Notes: a model not told the origin generated them from the letters alone. DNA of 64,000 bases from an uncultured virus (IMG/VR IMGVR_UViG_3300032232_000272) (IMGVR_UViG_3300032232_000272), one strand, 5' to 3'; positions 10,601 to 20,520 are shown, numbered from the stretch's first letter. Translations and numbers: made by a program.

Positions 10601-13600
10601 GTGTGGTTAAGCGTGGAGATCAGAAAATGCATCTCACAACTATCCATGAACCATTCTCCCAAAAACGAGATGGATCATTTTCTATTAGTGTTAAAAATGC
10701 CATTGGATATGACGGAGTTGTAACCATCCGTAATGTTAATTTTATTATTAATCAAAAAGCTAGAGCAGATATTTTCAAGGGAGAAAGTAAGTTGCCTATG
10801 GGTGGCGCACAAGGAGAAATTGTCCAAGGCGTTAGAGATCTAGAGGGAACTAGAATTACATTTAATCCAGCTCGAGAGCATTTATTTGTTCGTGTTGATG
10901 ACGGCAGACCTGTTAAATATGCAGACGAACTTACCATGTCTGACACTGATGTATTTGTAAGAGGGAATGTTGAATACTATACTCCAGAAAATATGCCACA
11001 ACCTCTGGACGATTTGCCTACGGCAGCTAACTTTGATGGAATTCCTTTATCTGAAACTAAAGTAAAGCGTGGGGAAATACCTGCTAAAAAAGAACAAAAA
11101 GAATTATTTGAAGTTCCATCCCGTGCAAAAGTACGAGCCCCGTTAACTGGTGTAGATCCAGCCTACGCAGACAAACTGCTCAAACAGTTTACCGCAGAGA
11201 AAGCTACTGTTAAACAGCGCTTTGAGAACCTAAAAGAAAACTTCTTTGAGCGTATGGTTATCGGCGTATTTGATGAGTTCCGTACCATTAAGAAATACAG
11301 CGATGAAGCCTACATGATGGCTCGTATGTCTAAGTCTATTGACGGTGGATTGCAGGGTCTATTGGAGCATGGTGAGGTATTTAACGATGGCGGTGCTCTT
11401 AACATTCGCCCAGGCACCAAAGGTCTTCTCAAGATCCTAGAGCCATTGGGCACTGAGGTAGACCAATACCAGATGTGGAAGGCGTTAAATCGTGATGCCA
11501 ACCTGCCAGCAGATAAGCGGTCTTTTGACCCAGAGTTATTAGCTGGTAGAGATCAGTTATCCAAAGGTCAGCTAAACGGCAAATCCCGTAAAGACATTTA
11601 TGAGAAGGCGTTGAAAGAAGAACAGGCGCTTAACCGTTCCGTATTAAAGGTTGCTTTAGATGCTGGCATTATTGATAAAGCTGGCTATGATCGTTTTGCT
11701 AGCGATATCTATTACATTCCTTTCTATAAGGCAATGGAAGACGGTGATGTGCAGTCCATCAGTGCATCGTCTAAGTTGACTGGGCAAGAGTTTAGTAAAT
11801 CATTAAAAGGCGGAGAGAAAAAAGTCAACGATTTGATGGAAAACGTCTTGATGAATTGGTCGCATATCCTTTCTGCTGCCATGAAAAACCAAGCCGCCAA
11901 TAAGACTTTAGAAGCCGCCGAAGACATGGGCGTTGCCAAGATCGCTAAACCAGTTGATGGTAAATATCCTCCAAACACCGTTAAGGTTATGAGGGATGGT
12001 CAGCCAGTTCGGATTGAGATTGAGGATGTAGGTCTAGTGGATGCTATTTCTACGATCAGCTATCTTGGGCCTAAGTCCATGTTCTTGGATGTTGCCAAAC
12101 ATTTTACTAACGCCTTGCGCTATGGTGTCACATTGTCTCCAGCCTATAAGCTACGCAACTTGATCCGTGATTCCATTTCCTCAGCAGCTGTGTCGCCATT
12201 GTCTAAGAATCTGTACCAGAACGTTTACAACGGCTTGAAAATGTCAGACAAAGGTAATCCAACCTACATGTCTGCATTAGCATCTGGCGGTATCTTTGAA
12301 ATGGGCGTGGCACACGAAGGCAATCAGGCTAAGTTAATCAAGCGTCTCATAGATAAGGGCGTTGACTACGGCACTATCCTAGATAGCCCTGAGAAAGTAA
12401 AAGGCGTACTACAGTCTGCATTGGATTGGTATAACACCCAAGGCAATCGATTTGAGAACGCTAACCGTCTAGCCCTATACGATAAGTTATTGAAGGAAGG
12501 CAAGACCCACCTTGAGGCTTCTTTCCAGGCTAGAGATTTAATGGACTTCTCCATGCAAGGGCAGTTCCGCGCAGTCAAAGTTCTTAGCTCTGTTGTGCCA
12601 TTCTTTAACGCCCGCTTACAGGGTCTCTATAAGCTCGGACGTGATGGTATCACCCCTACATACCGCCTGATCTACAACACGACAACTGGCAAGGAAGTTA
12701 CCGCATCCGATAAGCAAAAGGCTCAACGCTTTATGACAATCTCCGGCGCAGTTATGCTGGCGTCTATGGCTCTTTATGGCATGTATAAGGACGACGAAGA
12801 GTTTAAAAAGCGGGAAGATTGGGATCGTGATAACTTCTGGTGGTTTAAAATTGGTGATACTAAGTTCCGCATTCCTAAGCCATTTGAGATTGGCGCCCTT
12901 GGCACGATGGCAGAGCGTACCTTGGAACAGATTAGCGATGACAAGGTAGAAGGCAAAGTATTCTTTAACCGCATCAACCATATCCTTATGGACACATTTG
13001 CACTTAACCCAATCCCACAGATGGTTAAGCCAATGATTGACCTGTATTCCAATAAGGACAGCTTTACAGGGGCTCCAATCGTTTCTGCTGGCATGGAACG
13101 TCTATCCGCCCAAGAACGGATTACTAACAATACTAGTGGCATTGCTCAGGCTTTAGGAGGCATATCTGCTGGCATGCACAAAGTACTGACATTTAATCCA
13201 GACGCTCAAGGTATGTCTCCAGTACAGATTGACTACGCTATCAAGGCTTATCTAGGCTGGGCAGGATCTACCGCCGTAGCTACAGCAGACCTAGCCGTAG
13301 AGCCTTTTACAGAAGGCACACGAGTACGCAAGCCCGTGATTGACACGGTAGCTATGGGCTTTATTAAGACAGAGCCAGAGACCGCCTCTAAGTTTATGAC
13401 AGAGTTTTATGAAACAAATGCCCGCGTTCAATCCGCCTTGGCAGACATGCGCCATTATGCCGAATTAGGAGATTCCGAAAAGGTAGGGAAAATCCTTAGA
13501 GATCAAGGGGATGACATTGCGCTTGCAAAGTTGTATGATAAGACGTCAAAACAACTTGCTGAAATTCGTAAACAAATGCGTTTAATTGAACAAAGCAAGG

Positions 13601-13704
13601 ATATTGATACGGAAGACAAACGGGCAGAGATGAATCGCTTAAGAATTCTAATGTCCAAAATGACGGAAAACGTAGAAGGAATGAGGAAGTCACTGAAACA
13701 ATAG
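7699..13704 (+). CDS. Large polyvalent virion protein (zincin-like HExxH domain, LPD38-like C-terminus)
   Basis: 2001 aa; NHEALHAM...EEAIADAF; C-terminal DNFWWFKIG...RIPKPFEIG; hydrophobic N-terminal helices. Confidence 0.7.
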   Translation: MAFDIQGALKEGYSLPEIVDYLGGQKKFDVAGARSEGYSDQEILDFLSPKKKEEGIGTALRRGAEQLVSTGQTALESITKGGEEAAIRGRERQADIQARLGEGASLDRLLETYRQQGFLAAGKELAGQIPTAIAEQVPGIATTLASAGAGAAAGSVVPGVGTVIGGLAGAVAPSLIQQYGGNIQRQAEAQAATGKPLEIERGTAAVTALPQAALDVAATFIPLGGKLASSVFGPKVGQMLMQSSAEGREKLFKESLLSTVGKGTAVGIAAEVPTEVVQTMLERAQADLPVLNNEALKEYGEVAFATSLLGPIGIIGRVSNKAEAGRMLAEAQQRAVETNEPQPVILQLGYDPTVSGAGGTVNPEPFIVFPDGRVAPSEEAAFKERYGMTPQQRSVTESYASEEDRLAAEKAAYDRARKYSPTMQALDKLVEDRKAREQAQIAKVDEMKAAQSAFSTAEPVAGLYRPPTAEEIAIEEEKAKQFTNTRTVMRKTPEGIKVYEGTMNKTGTAVNVIENGKKLTFNPNNPNVVIDPTEKDIYRFETDSMADEARALSGKVEEAKIKFNKSALEFKQWLRDPKHQLKQEVFSDTIAPRKRTKEDQFRALSPKVSKGFFAKKPGEGLELDMAAEMAFDAGFLSADEFYNPDDPDGREAFSEKLKAAYDNEPVVTPRSADLYSDYETVNQQLRELEDEIERRKSTLEQESPAVVGELTSEEQEAEAARIAEASTRYEKPLPSDKFIQEGLDLAIEMRDALDKMGLKNVGLQFEDYMSRYINGELTEVTGSYFENLIKVSLASTNVKRTLNHEALHAMRDIGLFSDAEWKILSNKAKNQWIKKYDPDGSRYGSESMEVRIEEAIADAFADYRTQPANIKTIFDKIIDLMDMIRNYFAGRGFRTVDDVFQKAETGGLDGQGTLRQWEELYEIKPPKDPLTDQEITNTSWSDQIASKLFANRELPDGTNVMVRLNLNGVVKRGDQKMHLTTIHEPFSQKRDGSFSISVKNAIGYDGVVTIRNVNFIINQKARADIFKGESKLPMGGAQGEIVQGVRDLEGTRITFNPAREHLFVRVDDGRPVKYADELTMSDTDVFVRGNVEYYTPENMPQPLDDLPTAANFDGIPLSETKVKRGEIPAKKEQKELFEVPSRAKVRAPLTGVDPAYADKLLKQFTAEKATVKQRFENLKENFFERMVIGVFDEFRTIKKYSDEAYMMARMSKSIDGGLQGLLEHGEVFNDGGALNIRPGTKGLLKILEPLGTEVDQYQMWKALNRDANLPADKRSFDPELLAGRDQLSKGQLNGKSRKDIYEKALKEEQALNRSVLKVALDAGIIDKAGYDRFASDIYYIPFYKAMEDGDVQSISASSKLTGQEFSKSLKGGEKKVNDLMENVLMNWSHILSAAMKNQAANKTLEAAEDMGVAKIAKPVDGKYPPNTVKVMRDGQPVRIEIEDVGLVDAISTISYLGPKSMFLDVAKHFTNALRYGVTLSPAYKLRNLIRDSISSAAVSPLSKNLYQNVYNGLKMSDKGNPTYMSALASGGIFEMGVAHEGNQAKLIKRLIDKGVDYGTILDSPEKVKGVLQSALDWYNTQGNRFENANRLALYDKLLKEGKTHLEASFQARDLMDFSMQGQFRAVKVLSSVVPFFNARLQGLYKLGRDGITPTYRLIYNTTTGKEVTASDKQKAQRFMTISGAVMLASMALYGMYKDDEEFKKREDWDRDNFWWFKIGDTKFRIPKPFEIGALGTMAERTLEQISDDKVEGKVFFNRINHILMDTFALNPIPQMVKPMIDLYSNKDSFTGAPIVSAGMERLSAQERITNNTSGIAQALGGISAGMHKVLTFNPDAQGMSPVQIDYAIKAYLGWAGSTAVATADLAVEPFTEGTRVRKPVIDTVAMGFIKTEPETASKFMTEFYETNARVQSALADMRHYAELGDSEKVGKILRDQGDDIALAKLYDKTSKQLAEIRKQMRLIEQSKDIDTEDKRAEMNRLRILMSKMTENVEGMRKSLKQ

Positions 13705-13712
13705 GAGAGATT

Positions 13713-14948
13713 ATGCCACAGCCAAAGTTGTCGCAGAAGCAGTTACAAGAAGCAGTAGACGCCTTTCATACGGCGGGCAGTAAAACCGAAGCAGCAAAGT
13801 TATTAGGGTTAAACCCTAGAACATATGACGGTCGATATCGTGTAGCAGCTGGTAAAGGTATTAAGCCCACAGTACCAGAGCTCAAGATACAAGACGGCGT
13901 TGATTTTATGGCAGAGTTGCAAGAAGCTAAAGCCAAGATCAGAACCTTAGAGACCGCAGCAGATGCTCAAGCCAAAGAGCAGCTCACCGCAGAATTCATT
14001 AAAAAGAAAATTATCCAGCTCAAGGACGAGAATGTTGATGTTCCAGACTGGTTAATACGAACGCCTAAAGAGGAAGTCTCTGGTGTTCCAACCCTGTTTG
14101 CATCCGATTGGCATTGGGCAGAGATCGTAGATCCTAAGCAGATTGGCGGGGTTAATCAGTACAACATTACCATTTCCCAGCAACGGGCTAGAGCACTCAT
14201 TGAGACGGCTATAGACCTACTAAATAACCACCTAAAGAATCCTGAGTATCCTGGTATTGTTTTCGCTCTAGGCGGTGATATGGTGTCAGGAGACATCCAT
14301 GAGGAGCTGATGGCTACCAATGAAGTGGAGATCATGCCTACAGTCTTAGACCTATTTGGCGTCCTAACTTGGTGCATAACCACCCTAGCAGATCAGTTCG
14401 GCAAGGTATTCGTGCCCTGTGTAACCGGCAACCATGGGCGTAATACCCACAAAATACGGGCTAAGGGACGCAATTTCACATCCTTTGACTGGTTGCTATA
14501 CAGTTTCCTAGCAAAGCGCTTTGAAGCCGATGAGAGGATTAAGTTCCTAATTCCTGATGGCCCAGATGCCTACTATTCTATTTTTGGACATAAGTATCTA
14601 CTAACTCACGGAGACCAGTTTAGGGGCGGTGACGGCATGATTGGAGCCCTAGGCCCGATTATCCGTGGAGACCACCGTAAACGCTCTAGGAACGCTCAGA
14701 TAGACCAAGACTACGATACAATGCTCTTGGGGCATTGGCACCAGCTAATCCAGCTCCAGCGCCTCATAGTCAATGGGTCTCTCAAGGGTTACGATGAATA
14801 TGCAAATCAGAACAATTTCCCGTATGAACCGCCTAGGCAAGCCCTATGGATTACCCATCCACAGCATGGGATTACATTCAGCGCACCAGTTAATGTTGAG
14901 CGTAAGCGTGTAGTTGGGCGGACAGAATGGGTCAGCTGGACGAAGTAA
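13713..14948 (+). CDS. Calcineurin-like metallophosphoesterase with N-terminal HTH
   Basis: SDWH, GGDM, GNHG, HGD and GHWH motifs; N-terminal SKTEAAKLLGLNPRT. Confidence 0.8.
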   Translation: MPQPKLSQKQLQEAVDAFHTAGSKTEAAKLLGLNPRTYDGRYRVAAGKGIKPTVPELKIQDGVDFMAELQEAKAKIRTLETAADAQAKEQLTAEFIKKKIIQLKDENVDVPDWLIRTPKEEVSGVPTLFASDWHWAEIVDPKQIGGVNQYNITISQQRARALIETAIDLLNNHLKNPEYPGIVFALGGDMVSGDIHEELMATNEVEIMPTVLDLFGVLTWCITTLADQFGKVFVPCVTGNHGRNTHKIRAKGRNFTSFDWLLYSFLAKRFEADERIKFLIPDGPDAYYSIFGHKYLLTHGDQFRGGDGMIGALGPIIRGDHRKRSRNAQIDQDYDTMLLGHWHQLIQLQRLIVNGSLKGYDEYANQNNFPYEPPRQALWITHPQHGITFSAPVNVERKRVVGRTEWVSWTK

Positions 14949-15610
14949 AGAATCGCATTGAGGTAGACCTAAAGGTTCTGCCTCCTGATGTACGGGCATG
15001 GGTAGAGTTTGAGGTAATGGCTAGCAATGCCCATGACATCCGCGTAAACATCCTCAGAAAGCGCCAAGTCCTCATGGATAGGGTAAGGGTATCTGGATTC
15101 TTTTGTAGCCATACAGACCGCCTATTCGTGGCTGGGCTATCCCCAGACTGGATTCCTATTATGGTGCATGAAACCTGCCACCGAGATCAATATACTGAAC
15201 AGATCAAGATTTGGAATGCCACTATCAATATTAATGGGGAAGAGCATGACCCGTTGACATTGATGCATGAATGGCTAGATGGCGAACGAGAGCTGGGAGA
15301 GCGTAAGCTACGGGAAGTCCTAAGAGGTGCAATGAGCCTAGAGCTGGATTGTGAGCGCCGGGCAGCTAAAAAGATTGACCAGTTTTATCTACCAATCAAT
15401 TTAAAAGAGTATGTCCAAAAGGCTAATGCTTATGTCTATTTTTACCTTGCAATGCAATATACCCGTAGATGGTACCAGCCTGGCAGGGCGCCTTTTACAC
15501 TACCAGAAGTATGGACTAAGATGCCTACAGACTTTGATAATGACTACACCCGTCTACCTAAAAAAGTCAAGGATTTAATTTTGCATCATTCCTACAATAT
15601 TCGGGTCTAG
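14927..15610 (+). CDS. Putative HExxH zinc metallopeptidase
   Basis: MVHETCH followed by ELDCE as possible third ligand. Confidence 0.5.
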   Translation: MGQLDEVKNRIEVDLKVLPPDVRAWVEFEVMASNAHDIRVNILRKRQVLMDRVRVSGFFCSHTDRLFVAGLSPDWIPIMVHETCHRDQYTEQIKIWNATININGEEHDPLTLMHEWLDGERELGERKLREVLRGAMSLELDCERRAAKKIDQFYLPINLKEYVQKANAYVYFYLAMQYTRRWYQPGRAPFTLPEVWTKMPTDFDNDYTRLPKKVKDLILHHSYNIRV

Positions 15611-15701
15611 AGTAGTACACTAATTATGAGAGGTGAGCTGGAAACAATCAGAACACCTTTGAACAGTAAGTAAGCTAGATCTGTCCACAGCGCCTCTCAC
15701 T

Positions 15702-16550
15702 TTAATCCCCACAAAAGCACGGTATAGTTTCATCATTGCCAAAAAAATCAGATTGATTGTTAGCATAATTCATCATCTCTGAATAAGAGGCTCTATCAAA
15801 TCTAAATACTGCGCCTGTATTATTGTATTCAGGATGTAAATCTTTAATATTTTTTTCCATTTTTGCCCACCATATCGCTCTTGATGGATCCTCTTGAACA
15901 AGGCTTTGAACTATTTTTGACCCCTTTAAAAAGCAAAGATCACAGTTTCCGTGCATAGTTACACCATTAATATTTGGCAACTGTAAATCAAAAGAGTTAT
16001 TTTTCCAAAATTCTCCTACTATTTCTTTTGTAATTTTTGCACTCCACAATGGTATTCTTGATTTATCAGCTATTTTTGCTGCCCTTCTTGGCTCATCAGC
16101 CCTAATACCAACCCAGCTTATATCTTCACCATGAGATTTTTTCTCTACTAATCCAATAGAAAAAAGATAGTTTGCTATTGTTCTAATTTTTAACTCTATT
16201 GTGCAAAACCTTGTAACTGGATTTGGCAAATACTGTTTTTTTAAAATTACAGATTCAAAAGGTTCACCATTTCTGCTTGCTGTTTCAAAAGTAACTTTTT
16301 TCCATCTATCTTTAGATTGTTCTGCATCTTGATACTCAAGCCAAGCAATAGGAACATTCCAATTTTTTTCACAATCATTGACAAATTTTAAAGTAGATTC
16401 ATGCTCTTTACCTGTGTTAGCAAAACAAATTACAGAATCTTCAGGCAATCCATCATTGCTTTGCAATATACGCCACAACATGTATGCTGAAGTTCTGCCA
16501 CCGCTAAAACTAATGACAGTAGGTTCAATTATCTTAAATGGATCATTCAT
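15702..16550 (-). CDS. PAPS-reductase-family (PP-loop) protein, Cys-rich
   Basis: SFSGGRTS PP-loop, FANTGKE, CTIELK, GIRADE, NCDLCF, CFCGD. Confidence 0.85.
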   Translation of the reverse strand: MNDPFKIIEPTVISFSGGRTSAYMLWRILQSNDGLPEDSVICFANTGKEHESTLKFVNDCEKNWNVPIAWLEYQDAEQSKDRWKKVTFETASRNGEPFESVILKKQYLPNPVTRFCTIELKIRTIANYLFSIGLVEKKSHGEDISWVGIRADEPRRAAKIADKSRIPLWSAKITKEIVGEFWKNNSFDLQLPNINGVTMHGNCDLCFLKGSKIVQSLVQEDPSRAIWWAKMEKNIKDLHPEYNNTGAVFRFDRASYSEMMNYANNQSDFFGNDETIPCFCGD

Positions 16551-16555
16551 AATAT

Positions 16556-16861
16556 TTATGTTAGTTTTGGATATCTATTTACAGTAAGATATCCCTGTTC
16601 AAAAAGTTGTCTAATTGTGGATCTATGGGCTTCTTCCCACATCTCGATCCTTGCGACTTTCGTAAGTGTGCTTGACTGATCGACTTCCGCATGGCACCGA
16701 TAACACAGGGCCGCAATAAGGGCATCACTGCATTTAATTCCTCTACCCTTACCATCTCTAAGCTGATTACTATGCGCTGCAACCACGGTACCGTCGGATA
16801 TCCCACAGTGTTGACAAGGCAGTTCTCGTACAATTTCTAATAGCCTCTTATTTCTGTACAC
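16556..16861 (-). CDS. His-Cys (YbcO/DUF1364-like) putative nuclease
   Basis: PCQHCG...VVAAHSN...KGRGIK...LCYRCH pattern. Confidence 0.7.
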   Translation of the reverse strand: MYRNKRLLEIVRELPCQHCGISDGTVVAAHSNQLRDGKGRGIKCSDALIAALCYRCHAEVDQSSTLTKVARIEMWEEAHRSTIRQLFEQGYLTVNRYPKLT

Positions 16862-17111
16862 AAAACCTCATCATTTCCCGAATATGGTGCTCGGTTACTT
16901 GGTCTGATTCACTGCGTTTCATGTTGACAATATCTTTACCAGTAGGAACCCGCCAGCCTTTTTGATCTTTGATCGCCATGCTTTCTTCTGCCAACTGTAT
17001 CAACAGTTTTTCAACGGTCTGAGCTGGTATCCCGACTTTAAACTCAGGGCTGGTGATCCCTGGGTTCTTGTACAGGTATGCCAGCACCTTCTTCTTTTTG
17101 TCCGTAATCAA
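16848..17111 (-). CDS. Small protein, possible winged helix
   Basis: KVLAYLYKNPGITS...KLLIQL...KGWRV. Confidence 0.4.
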   Translation of the reverse strand: MITDKKKKVLAYLYKNPGITSPEFKVGIPAQTVEKLLIQLAEESMAIKDQKGWRVPTGKDIVNMKRSESDQVTEHHIREMMRFCVQK

Positions 17112-17225
17112 AGTAAACCACCCCGTTTTCTAAAATTGTATATTTAGGAACAGCACCTCCAGCAAGACGCAACGCCATAATTGCTTCTTCAATCTCCTCT
17201 ATCAAGCTCATAATGGCGTTATCTC

Positions 17226-17357
17226 CTAGAAACAGTTAGTTATAGTACCGCAGGTAGTACAGGTCATCATTTTACCCCCAACAATAATTGTGTGCGTGGT
17301 GCAAGCTACAGCATATGTTGAGGCTAAAAACAAAACAACGGCTACGATCTTTTTCAT
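17226..17357 (-). CDS. 43-aa secreted Cys-rich peptide (not in ORF track)
   Basis: AGGAG RBS; MKKIVAVVLFLASTYAVA-CTTHTIIVGGKMMTCTTCGTITNCF. Confidence 0.65.
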   Translation of the reverse strand: MKKIVAVVLFLASTYAVACTTHTIIVGGKMMTCTTCGTITNCF

Positions 17358-17366
17358 TTAATTCTC

Positions 17367-17648
17367 CTAGTAAGTATTACCCTTGCGTTTAACATTAAAG
17401 CCATTAGCTGGGTACGATCTAATGTCTCCACTCCAATCAACCATTACTCGCTCACCGCTAGTAGTCCAGCAACCCATGATGGTCTTGCCGTTATCTACAT
17501 AGGAATAAGCAACAAACAGGTTTGAGTTTGGGCAAGTAACGCTAGTTAAAACAATCTTGCCGCCGCCCTGATTATTCATCTCAGCGATTACTTCTGCGTT
17601 TACGTTTAGGGACAATGCTAACAATGCCGCCATCAGTAGCTTTTTCAT
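17367..17648 (-). CDS. Secreted/periplasmic protein
   Basis: Signal peptide MKKLLMAALLALSLNVNA; GGAGG upstream; two Cys. Confidence 0.6.
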   Translation of the reverse strand: MKKLLMAALLALSLNVNAEVIAEMNNQGGGKIVLTSVTCPNSNLFVAYSYVDNGKTIMGCWTTSGERVMVDWSGDIRSYPANGFNVKRKGNTY

Positions 17649-18954
17649 CCTTATCCTCCATAGCATCAATCATTTCGTCTGCAATCGCCCAGACGGATTT
17701 AGGCGTCCAACTATCTTTACTCATAATGGCTCCTGCTAATGCAAAGCCAGCAAACATAATACGGGTGTACTCCTTGTCATCTTTGGTCATTGGATCTCCT
17801 GATTCTGTAGGGAATGCTCTAGATCATAGACCTCATCCATGCAACTCATAAAGGCGTCCTTAGACATATGGCAATTGTTGGCAATCACCGCCGTTAAATA
17901 TGAAGTAACCATAAATGAATTTTTAAAAGACAAATTATGTTGGTTTAATAATTCGTGCATTTCATTCATCAGTGCAATCGTTTCTGGCGATGGGGTTATT
18001 TCCATTTAAGCCTCCAATTGTTCAATTTGATCCGTCAAAATGTCTGCTAAAGGTTTACCCTTAATAGCAATCATCTCGGCTTCTTTGCAATCTTTAATAA
18101 CCCGGCAAGCCTCCCGTAGACCTTTATTAAACCCACTGTTAAAAGAATCATTGTCTTCCAAGGCCATAATCAGGGCGTCCCGAATAAATGCGGATGCCTT
18201 GCGGTTCTTGGCTTTCTTCTTTAACTTTGCAATCTGTTCCTGGGGTAGGTACAGACTATATGGAATTAATTTTTCCATTCTCTAAACTCCCGTAGTATTT
18301 TATTTAATGCTATCTGTGCATCTTGGTTATCTTTTAGCTCGCGCCTAGAATCAATGTTGAGATACGCCTTTAACCATTCGGTAGTGGCTTCCTCATTTGT
18401 TTCTAATAACAAACCCTGTTCGTATAGAAATTCCCAGAACTGCGGATCTCGGCACAACATACCAGCAGCCGAGATATGCTTATTAACTGGCTCCCGTTGC
18501 ATGGGCGTCTCGTCGTCGTTCAAACGAACCATGACCACCATATACCGCGCACCTACAAAATCACGGATTAATTCTTCTGGCAAGTCGTCAGGATGGATTG
18601 CTAAAGACATCACAATGCCATCCTTGGTTTGTTTTAGGGCAACCTTCTTGCCTTCAAATTGACTTGTTTCCATCAGAATGGCAGCTCGTCGTCTTGGATC
18701 CTACGATTCTTTGCCATTTCCTCATAGAGTCTGTTTTCTAGATAGCAGATGATTGCATTCTTGTTCTTATTCTGAACATAGGAACTAGTGCTTTCACCTT
18801 CGTAATGTTCACAAGCCTGACGATAAGAAGCAATTTCTTCGTTAAGATCGGCAATTAATCCCTCCAAACGCTCAACCTCTTTCATTTCTTTGGAGAGAGC
18901 TTCTTGTAGGTTTTGGGCAAGTGACTGCCAATCTACTTTCTTTAGATGTCCCAT
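17581..18954 (-). other. Run of small hypothetical genes (17581-17790, 17787-18005, 18006-18278 RHH-like, 18266-18673, 18673-18954 coiled coil)
   Basis: Tightly overlapping ORFs on one strand; 18006-18278 has a YSLYLP...ASAFIRDAL ribbon-helix-helix-like pattern. Confidence 0.55.
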
Positions 18955-19205
18955 TCTTCTTTCTCCTGTGCTTTAGGTGCTGCGTCTTTTTCATATGTAT
19001 TGACAGATACCGATAGGAATCGATTGCCAGACTTTGATTCTTTTTTCCAAGCAGATAGCTTGATAACAATTAAGTCTTCATCAGTCTTCTCCATGAGACT
19101 TTTAAGATACGCCCGCTCAATCTTGATATCACCAAAGAAGTCTGGTGACTTATCTGATTTTCTAATTGTTGATGGTATTAAACTGCCAGTATTTGGATAT
19201 TCCAT
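18942..19205 (-). CDS. Small ssDNA-binding protein
   Basis: KSDKSPDFFG...LSAWKK...FLSVSV, acidic/aromatic tail EEWDI; next to ERF. Confidence 0.6.
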   Translation of the reverse strand: MEYPNTGSLIPSTIRKSDKSPDFFGDIKIERAYLKSLMEKTDEDLIVIKLSAWKKESKSGNRFLSVSVNTYEKDAAPKAQEKEEWDI

Positions 19206-19214
19206 TATTGCTCC

Positions 19215-19901
19215 TTACGTTAAAGAATTTTTAGTTTTAGAAAAGTTTGACATCATATCTGCATAAAACACTTCGTCCAATGATTTAGCTTTATCAAAGA
19301 TGACACGGTTGACCTTGAAGATAGTCTTCACATCGTCGGGCTTGGTTGCCATCTGCAATAATGCATCGGCTCCAGACCGCAGTGTTTCTAACCAGGCTTT
19401 GGGGTCAGCGTTGTCCTCTAAGGCAATTTGCCATGGCTCGGATACCTGAAGCGGTGTATTTTCTACCTTGGCCTTAACTGGCTTCAAATTAATGGTCAAG
19501 GGTTCAGGCTTTTTTGCTGGTTCAGATCCTCCCATAGTAGCGTCTAAGGCATCGTGTTCTACGATCTCAAAGGCGTTAGTCCATAGGTACCGGCGTAGAT
19601 AAGTCTGCACCGCACCAAGGTTCTGAACATCATGGCATCCTTTGAGCGCAGCAGAGCTCATCGGCGAGGTAAACATAATGGATGTGCCGTCCTCTACATC
19701 CGTGATCTGTAGATACGCCATATGCTCTGTAAACGATACAGCTCCACACAGACCCATATCATTGCAGATGGTCTGAATTGCTGGGAGAAAGTCTCCTAGC
19801 TCAAAGTACTCGTAGCCAGCAAATTTGTTCTTGCCAGACTTGGATAGCTTGGTTCCTTGTAACTTGATCCTTGCTTGTTGTAATTTTTTATAAACACTCA
19901 T
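19215..19901 (-). CDS. erf: ERF-family ssDNA-annealing protein
   Basis: KSGKNKFAGYEYFELGD and QNLGAVQTYLRRY motifs. Confidence 0.85.
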   Translation of the reverse strand: MSVYKKLQQARIKLQGTKLSKSGKNKFAGYEYFELGDFLPAIQTICNDMGLCGAVSFTEHMAYLQITDVEDGTSIMFTSPMSSAALKGCHDVQNLGAVQTYLRRYLWTNAFEIVEHDALDATMGGSEPAKKPEPLTINLKPVKAKVENTPLQVSEPWQIALEDNADPKAWLETLRSGADALLQMATKPDDVKTIFKVNRVIFDKAKSLDEVFYADMMSNFSKTKNSLT

Positions 19902-20137
19902 TATTGCTCCTTGTTAAGTTCAACTTCAATTAACTTCTCTAGATAGTGCGCCGCCTTTCTCAGGTCTTCTACACCACCCTTTTGCTTCCAACGAGACACG
20001 TATTTAATTACGTTTCCCTCTAGATACCCTATGTTGTTTGCCACTATGTAATCCCATGTCTGTATCGGCTTTAGTGCGTAGTGACTTCCGCCCACTTGAT
20101 TTTGGTTTGCGCTCACGTTTTGCTTTCTCCTGTTCAA
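19901..20137 (-). CDS. DUF3310 / T7 gp1.7-like protein
   Basis: QVGGSHY...YLEGNVIKYVSRW...EDLRKAAHYL. Confidence 0.8.
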   Translation of the reverse strand: MNRRKQNVSANQNQVGGSHYALKPIQTWDYIVANNIGYLEGNVIKYVSRWKQKGGVEDLRKAAHYLEKLIEVELNKEQ

Positions 20138-20520
20138 TGTACTGTTTCAAAATTGAGATCATTCCTTCTTGAATCAAAAACTCCATACCTTCTTTATTAA
20201 AGGTCACTACTGCATCAGCAGAACCATCAGGGTTCTCCTTAATTACTTTTAATTTGATTTCCATTCCTCATCCTCTATGCCATGTGCTTTTTCAATTAAT
20301 CGTACAAAGTCGTAAAAATTATCAAAGTTGTTGTTCTTAACAATTTGATTAATCTGCCACTTTTTTAATGGTTCCCTGATATTACTGTGCTTACGTATTG
20401 CCTCAACAATGTGTGTAAATGGCTCACGCATATCCGTGTTGTAAAAGTTCAGCTCATCAATACTTGGCACTGAGCTATCTTTCTCAGATGGAATGTAATA
20501 ACCAGTCCAATCTAAATCCA

